From Burkholderiales bacterium (GTDB lineage: Bacteria > Pseudomonadota > Gammaproteobacteria > Burkholderiales > SG8-39): a stretch of DNA of 64,000 nucleotides. The DNA lies in NCBI GenBank assembly GCA_017880775.1, contig JADGRQ010000006.1, positions 88,047-152,046 on the forward strand. Direction: 5' to 3'. The notes under the pieces are model-generated. The model was given only the letters and a program-made list of their open reading frames with translations, was not told the origin of the DNA and ran no database searches. The stretch's first letter is position 1. Every line of letters starts with the position of its first letter. Positions 54,122 to 61,463 of the stretch are shown here, one piece after another. The translations under genes and the position numbers were made by a program.

Positions 54122-54901
54122 ATGGCCACTAAGGAATACGGAAAACTCTCCGCCGATCAGTTCCGGCGCCTGATTCGGAAATTGCCCGAAGTTAGGGCCG
54201 GGACAAAGGAACTACCGGACCTCTTGCGCTCGTCCACGTCAGAGAAGCTTCGGGCCGCATTGGATGAAGGGATTTATTGGGCGGGGTTCTACGAGCTACC
54301 CTTTGCGCAGCACGTGGCGCTCGGAATGTTCGTGTTGGGGCAGAAGGACTGGCTTATTGAGATGACGAACCTAGAGGACCCTCAAGAGGCCATGCTGCGG
54401 TTCCTGGACAGTGGTGAAGAACTCGATGGCAAGGGTCCTGACGGGCAGGAGTTGAGCCTCGCCGCCGCACTGGCTGTCGTAGCGTCGTTTCAACGCTCGA
54501 TTTTAAGCATCATGCTTTACAAGCGATCGATGTCCGCACTGGTGGAAGAAGTACGGAAAGGAAATGATAAGTCCCTGTTCGACGCAGTGCGGATTGATCG
54601 GTCTGCACTGACATGCCCGACCATTGCGCTTCGCATTTCCAAGGCAGAAATTCGCAATGAAAGGCACTTCTTCGACAGTCTGAGGAAAGCGCTCAAGGGA
54701 CCGTCGAAGAAACATTGGGAGGGCTACGGCAATTTGCGCTATTCGCTGGCGGTCCTCCGAGAACTTGGCTTCGATGCCATGTCGGACGCCGAGCTAGAGC
54801 ATTTGCTTGTGGACGTGCTGAAGGTGTATCCGAAATCCTCGGCGGCACGTAAGAACTTGCGAAGGCAGTTCTACGAGTCGGGAAAGATGAAAACCCTTTG
54901 A
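54122..54901 (+). CDS. hypothetical protein (first gene of the Rep-Xis-Int strand block)
   Basis: 259 aa, predicted mostly helical, with no recognisable motif. Divergent from the cargo genes, with an 82-nt intergenic region. Confidence 0.5.
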   Translation: MATKEYGKLSADQFRRLIRKLPEVRAGTKELPDLLRSSTSEKLRAALDEGIYWAGFYELPFAQHVALGMFVLGQKDWLIEMTNLEDPQEAMLRFLDSGEELDGKGPDGQELSLAAALAVVASFQRSILSIMLYKRSMSALVEEVRKGNDKSLFDAVRIDRSALTCPTIALRISKAEIRNERHFFDSLRKALKGPSKKHWEGYGNLRYSLAVLRELGFDAMSDAELEHLLVDVLKVYPKSSAARKNLRRQFYESGKMKTL

Positions 54902-55022
54902 TTTCTTAGCTCCACCTGAAATGGCGATTTAAGGTGGTCGCCACCGGCCTCGATGGCGCATAGCTTCGGTATCCGTTGCAGGAAGCCACATTGGCATGCC
55001 TGCCATGGATTCGAGGTGAGTC

Positions 55023-55910
55023 ATGTCGCAGAATCAACCTGGCCCAGGCAGGGCAAGCGCTAACGAGGCGAACCATCAGGACGCCGGCAAAGAGCCGGGG
55101 ACCGCTGCCCCCACCTCCCGAGGCGCGCAGCGCCCGGGGGGCGGGGGCAGCGAAGCCGCCCTTAGACTTGACAAGAGGACATATCTCGACGGAATACAGA
55201 GGCGATGGAGCATCAATGGATATGACTATGGGGATGGCCTCTGCGAAATTGGATGGTCGCTTGTCCGCGGAATTGGAGTCAACAAGGCAGAGCGGGGAGA
55301 ATCGGAGGATCGGGACGTTCATGAAATGCGGGCCGTCCGTCGCGCACGCTCGCACCTTCGCCGGCTAGTGCTTTCAGCCAATGCCGATCATCTGCTGACC
55401 CTGACTTACCGGGCCAACGTCACCGATTTCGAGCAGGCCAGCGCGGACTTAGCCCGCTTCATTCGGCGGGTTAAGTTATATCTGCCGGACTGGGTCTATA
55501 TCGGGGTGCCTGAGCGTCAACAGCGCGGCGCCTGGCACTGGCACCTGGCGGTGATCGGTCGGCAGGATGTGGACCTTCTAAGGGCCTCCTGGCGGCACGT
55601 GGTCGGCGACGGGAACATCGATGTGCAGAAGCCGAAGAGTCGCACGGCAAACAGGCGGCTTGCTCTCGTCAAGTACCTGGGCAAATATCTCGCCAAGGGA
55701 TTCGAGGACGGAAACCGGGTACTCAACGGACATCGGTACCGGGCTTCCCTTGGCATCCAGGTGCCTTGCCAAAGCATCGAACTTCTGCCCGAGTATGCCG
55801 ACGATGTATCTGAATACGCCCAGGAAGTGTTGCGGGTGCATGCCGGATCGTTGGGCTTTGTCTGGGAGGATGAGAGCGGCTTAATGGGCTGGGCCTGTTC
55901 CTGGAAGTAA
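55023..55910 (+). CDS. HUH-superfamily rolling-circle replication initiator (phage/plasmid Rep, ORF2/G2P-like)
   Basis: Motif 1 HLLTLTY, HUH motif GAWHWHLAV, and catalytic Tyr motif VKYLGKYLAK. SD GAGGTGA. The N-terminal ~100 aa are low-complexity, so the start could be later (M102 at 55326). Confidence 0.65.
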   Translation: MSQNQPGPGRASANEANHQDAGKEPGTAAPTSRGAQRPGGGGSEAALRLDKRTYLDGIQRRWSINGYDYGDGLCEIGWSLVRGIGVNKAERGESEDRDVHEMRAVRRARSHLRRLVLSANADHLLTLTYRANVTDFEQASADLARFIRRVKLYLPDWVYIGVPERQQRGAWHWHLAVIGRQDVDLLRASWRHVVGDGNIDVQKPKSRTANRRLALVKYLGKYLAKGFEDGNRVLNGHRYRASLGIQVPCQSIELLPEYADDVSEYAQEVLRVHAGSLGFVWEDESGLMGWACSWK

Positions 55911-55914
55911 TCCC

Positions 55915-56241
55915 GTGTGCACGCTCACCCTGCAACAAGCCGCCGCCCTCTTGAAGATTCATCCGGTCACGCTTCAGGCGAAAGCCCGTAGCGAGGAAAT
56001 CCCCGGAGCGAAGATCGGGCGGGCATGGGTATTCGTGGAGATTGACCTCCTCGAATACATCCGCTCACAATACGGGCGGCGGGCGTTGCAGAGTGAACAT
56101 GCGGAGGTAAAGCAATGTCACTCTTCAAACGTTCAGACTCACCGAATTGGTGGGTCAAACTCAACCACAACGGACGACGAATACAGCAAAGTACTGGGAC
56201 TTCCGACGAGAAAAGAGCGCGGGAGTATCACGACAAGCTGA
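55915..56241 (+). CDS. excisionase/AlpA-like HTH DNA-binding protein
   Basis: GTG start. LTLQQAAALLKIHPVTLQAKARSEEIPGAKIGRAWVFVEIDLLEYI is the MerR-superfamily HTH_17/Xis pattern. The 3' tail overlaps int by 127 nt in another frame. Confidence 0.55.
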   Translation: MCTLTLQQAAALLKIHPVTLQAKARSEEIPGAKIGRAWVFVEIDLLEYIRSQYGRRALQSEHAEVKQCHSSNVQTHRIGGSNSTTTDDEYSKVLGLPTRKERGSITTS

Positions 56242-57155
56242 AGGCGTCCTTGTGGGATCAGGAGCGGCTCGGGATTAAGCCAAGCCATTCCTGGAATGAA
56301 GCGGTTGTCCGCTATTTGGCCGAGATGTCGCACAAGGCCTCGCACTCCGACGATAAGGCGCATCTTCGTTGGGTCGATAGGTTCCTGGGCGGCGCGGAGC
56401 TAAAGAGCATCAACCGCGATGTGGTGGACCGGATTCTTGCGGCGCGTCAGGCTGACGGAGTAGCGAATAGCACGGTCAATCGGACGATGGAGGTTATCCG
56501 GGCGGTGCTGCGCAGGGCTGCGCATGAGTGGGAATGGCTTGACCGGGTGCCACGTGTGCGGATGCTGCCTGAACCTAAGCGGCGCGTGCGCTGGCTCACT
56601 CGGGAAGAGGCCGACCGACTCATAGCGGCGCTACCGGAGCATCTTGCAGTGATGGTGCGGTTCTCGTTGGAAACCGGGTTGCGACGGTCCAACGTGACGG
56701 GCCTGGAATGGTCGCAGGTGGATTTGGCGCGGCGCACTGCGTGGATTCACCCGGACCAGGCGAAGGCGCGTAAGGCGATTGCGGTTCCGTTGAGTGCGGC
56801 TGCCGTGGTGGTGATACGGGAGCAGATCGGCAAACACTTAACGCGCGTGTTTTGCTTTCGGGGAAAGCCGGTGCGTCAGGTGAATACGAAAACCTGGCGG
56901 CTGGTTCTGCAGCGGGTGGGCATCGAAAACTTCCGATGGCACGACCTGCGGCATACCTGGGCAAGCTGGCACGTGCAAGCAGGAACGCCTTTACACGTGC
57001 TGCAGGAGCTCGGCGGCTGGGAGTGCGTGGAGATGGTGCGGAAGTACGCGCATCTATCCTCGGTTCACCTGGCCGAGTACGTTGACCGCGCATCGAGCTT
57101 GAGATTGGTTGCAACAGAGGGCGTGGCTACGAATCAGCTACGGGCGCAGAAATGA
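56115..57155 (+). CDS. int: tyrosine-type site-specific integrase
   Basis: 346 aa with the N-terminal MSLFKRSDSPNWWVKLNHNGRRIQQSTGTSDEK arm-binding-type domain. Catalytic region includes ETGLRRSN...WHDLRHTWASWHVQAGTPLHVLQELGGW...YAHL (R, HxxR, W, Y). GGAGG lies 7 nt upstream. Confidence 0.9.
   Translation: MSLFKRSDSPNWWVKLNHNGRRIQQSTGTSDEKRAREYHDKLKASLWDQERLGIKPSHSWNEAVVRYLAEMSHKASHSDDKAHLRWVDRFLGGAELKSINRDVVDRILAARQADGVANSTVNRTMEVIRAVLRRAAHEWEWLDRVPRVRMLPEPKRRVRWLTREEADRLIAALPEHLAVMVRFSLETGLRRSNVTGLEWSQVDLARRTAWIHPDQAKARKAIAVPLSAAAVVVIREQIGKHLTRVFCFRGKPVRQVNTKTWRLVLQRVGIENFRWHDLRHTWASWHVQAGTPLHVLQELGGWECVEMVRKYAHLSSVHLAEYVDRASSLRLVATEGVATNQLRAQK
57124..57147 (+). promoter_or_regulatory. pair of GCTACG motifs 11 bp apart inside the int 3' end (candidate recombinase sites)
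   Basis: GGCTACGAA (57125-57133) is the reverse complement of TTCGTAGCC at the core boundary (57229-57237). AGCTACGGGCGC (57136-57147) is identical to 57256-57267, the tRNA 5' end. Confidence 0.35.
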
Positions 57156-57179
57156 AAAGGGCCTACACGTCTGTAAGCC
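57151..57179 (-). terminator. terminator-like hairpin 3' of the functional tRNA-Arg (element-derived copy)
   Basis: The minus strand reads GGCTTAC AGACGT GTAGGCC followed by CTTTTC. It has the same stem as the orphan copy at 52156-52175 but a different loop, and it overlaps the int stop codon. Confidence 0.5.
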
Positions 57180-57180
57180 T

Positions 57181-57235
57181 TTGGATTGTCTGGCGCGCCC
57201 GAAGGGATTCGAACCCCTGACCCCCTGGTTCGTAG
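57181..57235. repeat. proximal att repeat (inside the functional tRNA-Arg)
   Basis: Identical to 52177-52231. It covers the tRNA from the anticodon loop to CCA plus 10 nt downstream. Confidence 0.95.
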
Positions 57236-57267
57236 CCAGGTACTCTATCCAGCTGAGCTACGGGCGC
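57191..57267 (-). tRNA. tRNA-Arg (anticodon ACG), CCA encoded
   Basis: The reverse complement GCGCCCGTAGCTCAGCTGGATAGAGTACCTGGCTACGAACCAGGGGGTCAGGGGTTCGAATCCCTTCGGGCGCGCCA folds by hand into a cloverleaf. It has a 7-bp acceptor stem, anticodon loop CTACGAA and T-loop TTCGAAT. Confidence 0.92.
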
Positions 57268-57371
57268 GAGGGGGCGGATTATAGCTGAATCGAAATTCTG
57301 TCGTTCCGCGCCCGGCCTTCATCGCATAATCCCCCGCTCCCCGGAATCCCGCGTTTTCACGGAGGTGCTGC

Positions 57372-57446
57372 ATGAGTTTCGTACTGGTCGTCCATATCCG
57401 CATCAAACCGGAAGGGCGGCAGATCTACAGCCGCGCCGTGCCCTGA
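57372..57446 (+). CDS. possible 24-codon leader ORF or ABM-domain remnant
   Basis: GGAGG lies 6 nt upstream. MSFVLVVHIRIKPEGRQIYSRAVP* overlaps at its stop with the flavin reductase ATG (TGATG). The N-terminus resembles antibiotic-biosynthesis-monooxygenase (ABM) domains. Confidence 0.3.
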   Translation: MSFVLVVHIRIKPEGRQIYSRAVP

Positions 57447-58051
57447 TGCTGCTCGATTTCGCGACACTTTCCTCGCTGGAACGCTACAAACTGTTCATCG
57501 GCCTGGTGTTCCCGCGGCCGATCGCGCTGATCTCGACGCGCTCTGAAAACGGCGTCAACAACTGCGCGCCGTTCTCGTTCTTCAACGTGCTGTCGGAGGA
57601 CCCGCCGGTGGTGATCGTGAGTTTCGGCCCGCGCGGCGACGGCACGCCCAAGCACACGATCAAGAACATCCTGCGCACCGGCGAGTTCGTCGTGAACCTG
57701 GTGGACGAGGCGATCGCCAACGGGATGCACATTTCCGCCGACGAAATTGCGGAGTCGGAAAGCGAGTTCGACACGGCCGGCTTTACGCCCGCACCCTGCG
57801 TGGAAGTAAAGCACCCGCGGATTGCCGAGGCGCCCGCGAGCTTCGAGTGCCGCACACTGAAGCACATCGAGCTGGTGCCCGGCCGCGACTTCGTGTTTGG
57901 GGAGGTGCGGCGCCTGCACGTGCGCGATGGCCTGATCGACCCGCAGACCAAGCGCGTGAGCGACGCTTACCGCCCGGTCGGCCGCCTGTACGCGAACCGC
58001 TACTGCACGACGCGCCAGCGCTTCAGCCTGCCGGGGAGGCTGCCCGATTAG
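57446..58051 (+). CDS. flavin reductase-like (DIM6/NTAB family) FMN-binding protein
   Basis: Start MLLDFATLSSLERYKLFIGLVFPRPIALISTRSENGVNNCAPFSFFN, the typical flavin_reduct N-terminus. Trimmed from 57365. Confidence 0.75.
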   Translation: MLLDFATLSSLERYKLFIGLVFPRPIALISTRSENGVNNCAPFSFFNVLSEDPPVVIVSFGPRGDGTPKHTIKNILRTGEFVVNLVDEAIANGMHISADEIAESESEFDTAGFTPAPCVEVKHPRIAEAPASFECRTLKHIELVPGRDFVFGEVRRLHVRDGLIDPQTKRVSDAYRPVGRLYANRYCTTRQRFSLPGRLPD

Positions 58052-58178
58052 GCCGGTTGCATCCGTCGACACGCCGCGACGCGATCGCGCCGTTTGATCT
58101 GCGTCAAACCAACCGCGGCGCGCAGTCGTATGGTGTTCTCGCGCGCGATCGCCGCGCGCGGCCGAACAAGAGGGTCCG

Positions 58179-59789
58179 ATGCCTGCAAAACAACTGCTGT
58201 TCGGCAACGCCGCGCACGCGAAGCTGCTGGCGGGGATGAACACGCTCGCCGACGCGGTGCGCGTGACGCTCGGCCCCAAGGCGCGCACGGTGATGCTGGA
58301 GCGCTCGTACGGCCCGCCTACGGTCATCAATTCCGGCGTCATCGTGGCCAAGGAAATCGAGCTCGAGGACCGGTTCGAGAACATGGGCGCGCAGATGGTG
58401 CGCGAAGTCGCCGCCAAGACCTCGGAGGTCGCCGGCGACGGCACCACCACCGCGACGGTCCTCGCCGCGGGGATCGTGACCGAGGGCATGAAATACGTCG
58501 CGGCCGGCATGAATCCCATCGACCTCAAGCGCGGCATCGACCACGCGGTGGAGAAGGTCGTCGAAGAACTGAAGCGGACCGCGCGGCCCTGCGCCACGCG
58601 CACCGAGATCGCGCAGGTGGCCGCGATCTCGGCCAACAACGATGCGTCGATCGGCGAGATGATCGCGCAGGCGATGGAGAAAGTGGGCAAGGAAGGCGTC
58701 ATCACGGTCGAAGACGGCAAGGGGCTCGCCAGCGAACTGGAGGTGGTCGAGGGAATGCAGTTCGACCGCGGCTATCTTTCGCCGTATTTCATCAACAACC
58801 CGGAAAAGCAGACCGTCGTCCTCGAGGATGTTTACCTGCTGCTGCACGACAAGAAAATTTCGGGCATCCGCGAACTGCTGCCGATCCTCGAGCACGTGGC
58901 GAAGAGCGGCAAACCGCTGCTGATCATCGCCGAGGAGGTCGACGGCGAGGCGCTCGCGACGCTGGTGGTGAACACCTTGCGCGGCGTGATCAAGGCCTGC
59001 GCGGTCAAGGCGCCGGGATTCGGCGACCGGCGCAAGGCGATGCTCGAGGACATCGCGATCCTCACCGGCGGGATGGTGATCTCCGAGGAGGCCGGCCTGA
59101 CGCTCGAGAAGGCCAAGCCGGAAGCGCTCGGGCGCGCAAAGCGCGTCGAGATCGACCGCGAGGACTCCACTATCATCGGCGGTGCCGGCGATCCGCAGCG
59201 CATCGCGGCGCGCGTGGCCCAGATCAACCAGCAGCACGACGAGGCAACCAGCGACTACGACAAGGAAAAGCTCAAGGAGCGCGCCGCCAAGCTCGGCGGC
59301 GGCGTCGCGGTAATCAAGGTCGGGGCGGCCACCGAAACCGAAATGAAGGAACGCAAAAGCCGCACCGATGACGCGCTGCATGCGACCCGCGCCGCGGTCG
59401 AGGAAGGGATACTCCCGGGAGGCGGCGTCGCGCTGCTGCGCGCGCAGGCGCGGCTCGCAGCGCTGCGCGGCGCCAACCAGGACCAGGATGCGGGGATCCA
59501 GATCGTGCTGCGGGCGCTCGAAGACCCGCTGCGCCAGATCGTGCGCAATTCAGGCGGCGAGCCGGCAGTGGTGGTGCAGCGCGTAGCTGACGGCGCCGGC
59601 GACTACGGCTACAACGCCGCGAGCGGCGAGTACGGCGACCTCGTGAAGATGGGCGTGCTCGATCCGTGCAAGGTCGTGCGGGCGGCGCTGCAGAACGCGG
59701 CATCGATCGCGGGCCTGATCCTCACCACGGATTGCATGATCGCGCAGATACCGCAGCCGGAGCGCGCCGCCGCGCCGGAGATGATGTAG
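58179..59789 (+). CDS. groEL: chaperonin GroEL paralogue (no adjacent groES)
   Basis: 536 aa with [22 protein letters not shown] and GGVALL. The C-terminus ends [10 protein letters not shown] rather than with a GGM repeat. No ~95-aa GroES ORF lies in the 127-nt upstream gap. Confidence 0.85.
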   Translation: MPAKQLLFGNAAHAKLLAGMNTLADAVRVTLGPKARTVMLERSYGPPTVINSGVIVAKEIELEDRFENMGAQMVREVAAKTSEVAGDGTTTATVLAAGIVTEGMKYVAAGMNPIDLKRGIDHAVEKVVEELKRTARPCATRTEIAQVAAISANNDASIGEMIAQAMEKVGKEGVITVEDGKGLASELEVVEGMQFDRGYLSPYFINNPEKQTVVLEDVYLLLHDKKISGIRELLPILEHVAKSGKPLLIIAEEVDGEALATLVVNTLRGVIKACAVKAPGFGDRRKAMLEDIAILTGGMVISEEAGLTLEKAKPEALGRAKRVEIDREDSTIIGGAGDPQRIAARVAQINQQHDEATSDYDKEKLKERAAKLGGGVAVIKVGAATETEMKERKSRTDDALHATRAAVEEGILPGGGVALLRAQARLAALRGANQDQDAGIQIVLRALEDPLRQIVRNSGGEPAVVVQRVADGAGDYGYNAASGEYGDLVKMGVLDPCKVVRAALQNAASIAGLILTTDCMIAQIPQPERAAAPEMM

Positions 59790-59791
59790 CG

Positions 59792-60304
59792 TCAGCCGAG
59801 CAGCAGCGCGCCCAGCACGCCGCCCGCGGCGAGGATCCAGAGCGGATTGAGCCTCGTCAGGTAGATCGTGGCGGTGCTCGCTGCGGCGATCCCGGCATAG
59901 CGCCAGTCGAGTCCGACTGGCGTGGCCAGCACGTAGCCGCCCGCGAGCGCCAGCCCGACGGTCATCGGCAACAGAGCGCGTTTGGTCAGCTTGACCCATG
60001 TCGCCTCGCGGAATTTCTCCCACAGGCCGCCGACCCAGTACGCCAGCACCGCTGCCGGGAAGCAAAATGAGGCGAGCGCGAGCAGCGCACCGCCGATACC
60101 CGCCATCTTCCAGCCGATCAGGCTGGTGAACAGAATGTTCGGCCCGGGCGCGGCCTGCGAGAGCGCGAACAGCTGGGTGAATTCCGAAGGCGTGACCCAT
60201 CCCTTCACGTCGACCACGATGCGCTGCATCTCCGGCAGGATCGAGCTGATCCCGCCGACGGAGATCAGCGAGAGCAGCGCGAAATAGAGCATGAGTTCAA
60301 GCAC
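59792..60304 (-). CDS. chrA: chromate transporter, short-chain CHR family (second half-size subunit)
   Basis: 170 aa with LISVGGISSILPEMQRIVVDVKGWVTPSEFTQLFALSQAAPGPN (CHR domain motif). Confidence 0.75.
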   Translation of the reverse strand: MLELMLYFALLSLISVGGISSILPEMQRIVVDVKGWVTPSEFTQLFALSQAAPGPNILFTSLIGWKMAGIGGALLALASFCFPAAVLAYWVGGLWEKFREATWVKLTKRALLPMTVGLALAGGYVLATPVGLDWRYAGIAAASTATIYLTRLNPLWILAAGGVLGALLLG

Positions 60305-60308
60305 GCGC

Positions 60309-60869
60309 CTACGCCCAGCCTCGCCGCGCCGCGAGGAACGCCAGTGGCAACGCGATCGGCAGCACGAACATCAGCGAAACGCGCGCGATGCCCACCGCGA
60401 CGAAGCACGCGGCAACGAGTGCGAGCGCGACTGGCAGGCGCGCAATCGGCCGGCACAGCTTGAGCGCGGTTCCGATGAACAGCCCCGCACCCGCGGTTCC
60501 CACGCCGGTCACCACCGCCTTCACCATCGGGTGCGATACCCATTCGGCATATAGCGACGCGAGCATCAGCACCCAGACGAAGGGCAGCGCGAACAGGCCG
60601 AGGAACGCGACCACCGAGCCCGCGAGGCCGAACCAGCGCCGGCCGAGCACCACCGCGCAGTTTCCGATGTTGGGCCCCGGGAGGAACTGGCATAGCGTCA
60701 GCACCTCGGAGAAGTCCTCGGGCGAGAGCCAGCGGCGCTCTTCGACCATCACGCGATGCGCCCAAGGCAGCACGCCGCCGAACGCGCGTGCGCCAATCGA
60801 CAGGAAACCGAGGAACAGCTCGCCCAGCCCCGCAGGGGGTTGCGGGCCCGCCGGCGTTGGCGGATCCAT
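60309..60869 (-). CDS. chrA: chromate transporter, short-chain CHR family (first half-size subunit)
   Basis: Start MDPPTPAG. FLSIGARAFGGVLPWAHRVMVEERRWLSPEDFSEVLTLCQFLPGPN. Trimmed from 60309..61052. Confidence 0.75.
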   Translation of the reverse strand: MDPPTPAGPQPPAGLGELFLGFLSIGARAFGGVLPWAHRVMVEERRWLSPEDFSEVLTLCQFLPGPNIGNCAVVLGRRWFGLAGSVVAFLGLFALPFVWVLMLASLYAEWVSHPMVKAVVTGVGTAGAGLFIGTALKLCRPIARLPVALALVAACFVAVGIARVSLMFVLPIALPLAFLAARRGWA

Positions 60870-61420
60870 CAGATCCAGTCGAGCGAATCCGGCAGCTCGC
60901 CCGGCAATACCCGCTCGCCAAGCGTGGCGAGCTTGCCGTACTGCCCGTCGGTATAGAGCAGCGACCGCCCTTTCTTGCCGGCGACGATGTGCTCGACGCT
61001 GCCGATGAAAAGCGTGTGCGTGCCGTGAGCGAATTCCTTCTCGACGCGGCAATCAAACGACACCAGCGCATCGACCAGCACCGGCGCACCGGTGGCCAGG
61101 CGCGTCCAGTCCTCGGATCTGAAGCGGTCCTCGCCGCTTTGCGTCCCGCTGAACGCGCGCGAGAGCTCGACATGCTCGGCGCGCAGCACGTTGATGCAGA
61201 ACATCCGGCTCTTGCCGATCGCGTCGTGCGTCGAGGCCTTGCGGTTCACGCATACCAGCAGCGCGGGCGGTTCGGCCGAAACGGACGTCACGGCCGTCGC
61301 GGTCATCCCGTAGCGGTGCCCCGCGTGCGCGGTGGTGATGAGCGTGACCGCCGCAGCGAGGCTGCGCATGCCGAGCCGGAACTGATCGGCGCCGACGAGT
61401 TGAGCGGCATTCTTGTCCAT
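60869..61420 (-). CDS. flavin reductase (HpaC/NtaB-like NAD(P)H:flavin oxidoreductase)
   Basis: 183 aa with FRLGMRSLAAAVTLITT...GMTATAVTSVSAEPPALLVCVN. Its stop overlaps the chrA start by 1 nt. Confidence 0.75.
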   Translation of the reverse strand: MDKNAAQLVGADQFRLGMRSLAAAVTLITTAHAGHRYGMTATAVTSVSAEPPALLVCVNRKASTHDAIGKSRMFCINVLRAEHVELSRAFSGTQSGEDRFRSEDWTRLATGAPVLVDALVSFDCRVEKEFAHGTHTLFIGSVEHIVAGKKGRSLLYTDGQYGKLATLGERVLPGELPDSLDWI

Positions 61421-61463
61421 CTGCGCAGTGTACTAAGGAACTTCATATTTCGTCGTCCCCGCA

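Larger units (their letters stand above)
52177..57235. mobile_element. ~5.06 kb integrative element inserted in the 3' half of tRNA-Arg(ACG)
   Basis: Bounded by the 55-nt perfect direct repeat, with the integrase gene abutting the reconstituted tRNA. It carries Xis-like and HUH Rep genes, and its composition is AT-richer than the flanks. Confidence 0.85.

Noticed and set aside
54906-55355. 149-aa minus-strand ORF inside the element
   Set aside because: It overlaps the 5' region of the Rep gene on the opposite strand. It has no SD and a low-complexity Pro/Arg/Ser composition.
58052-58178. Search for groES or a CIRCE operator upstream of groEL
   Set aside because: The gap is only 127 nt, has no ~95-codon ORF, and has no TTAGCACTC-N9-GAGTGCTAA-like inverted repeat.
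57425-59381. Two ~430-aa minus-strand ORFs (57425..58720 and 58104..59381) opposite the flavin reductase and GroEL
   Set aside because: They are antisense to an unmistakable GroEL, have no motifs, and show a GC-artefact composition.
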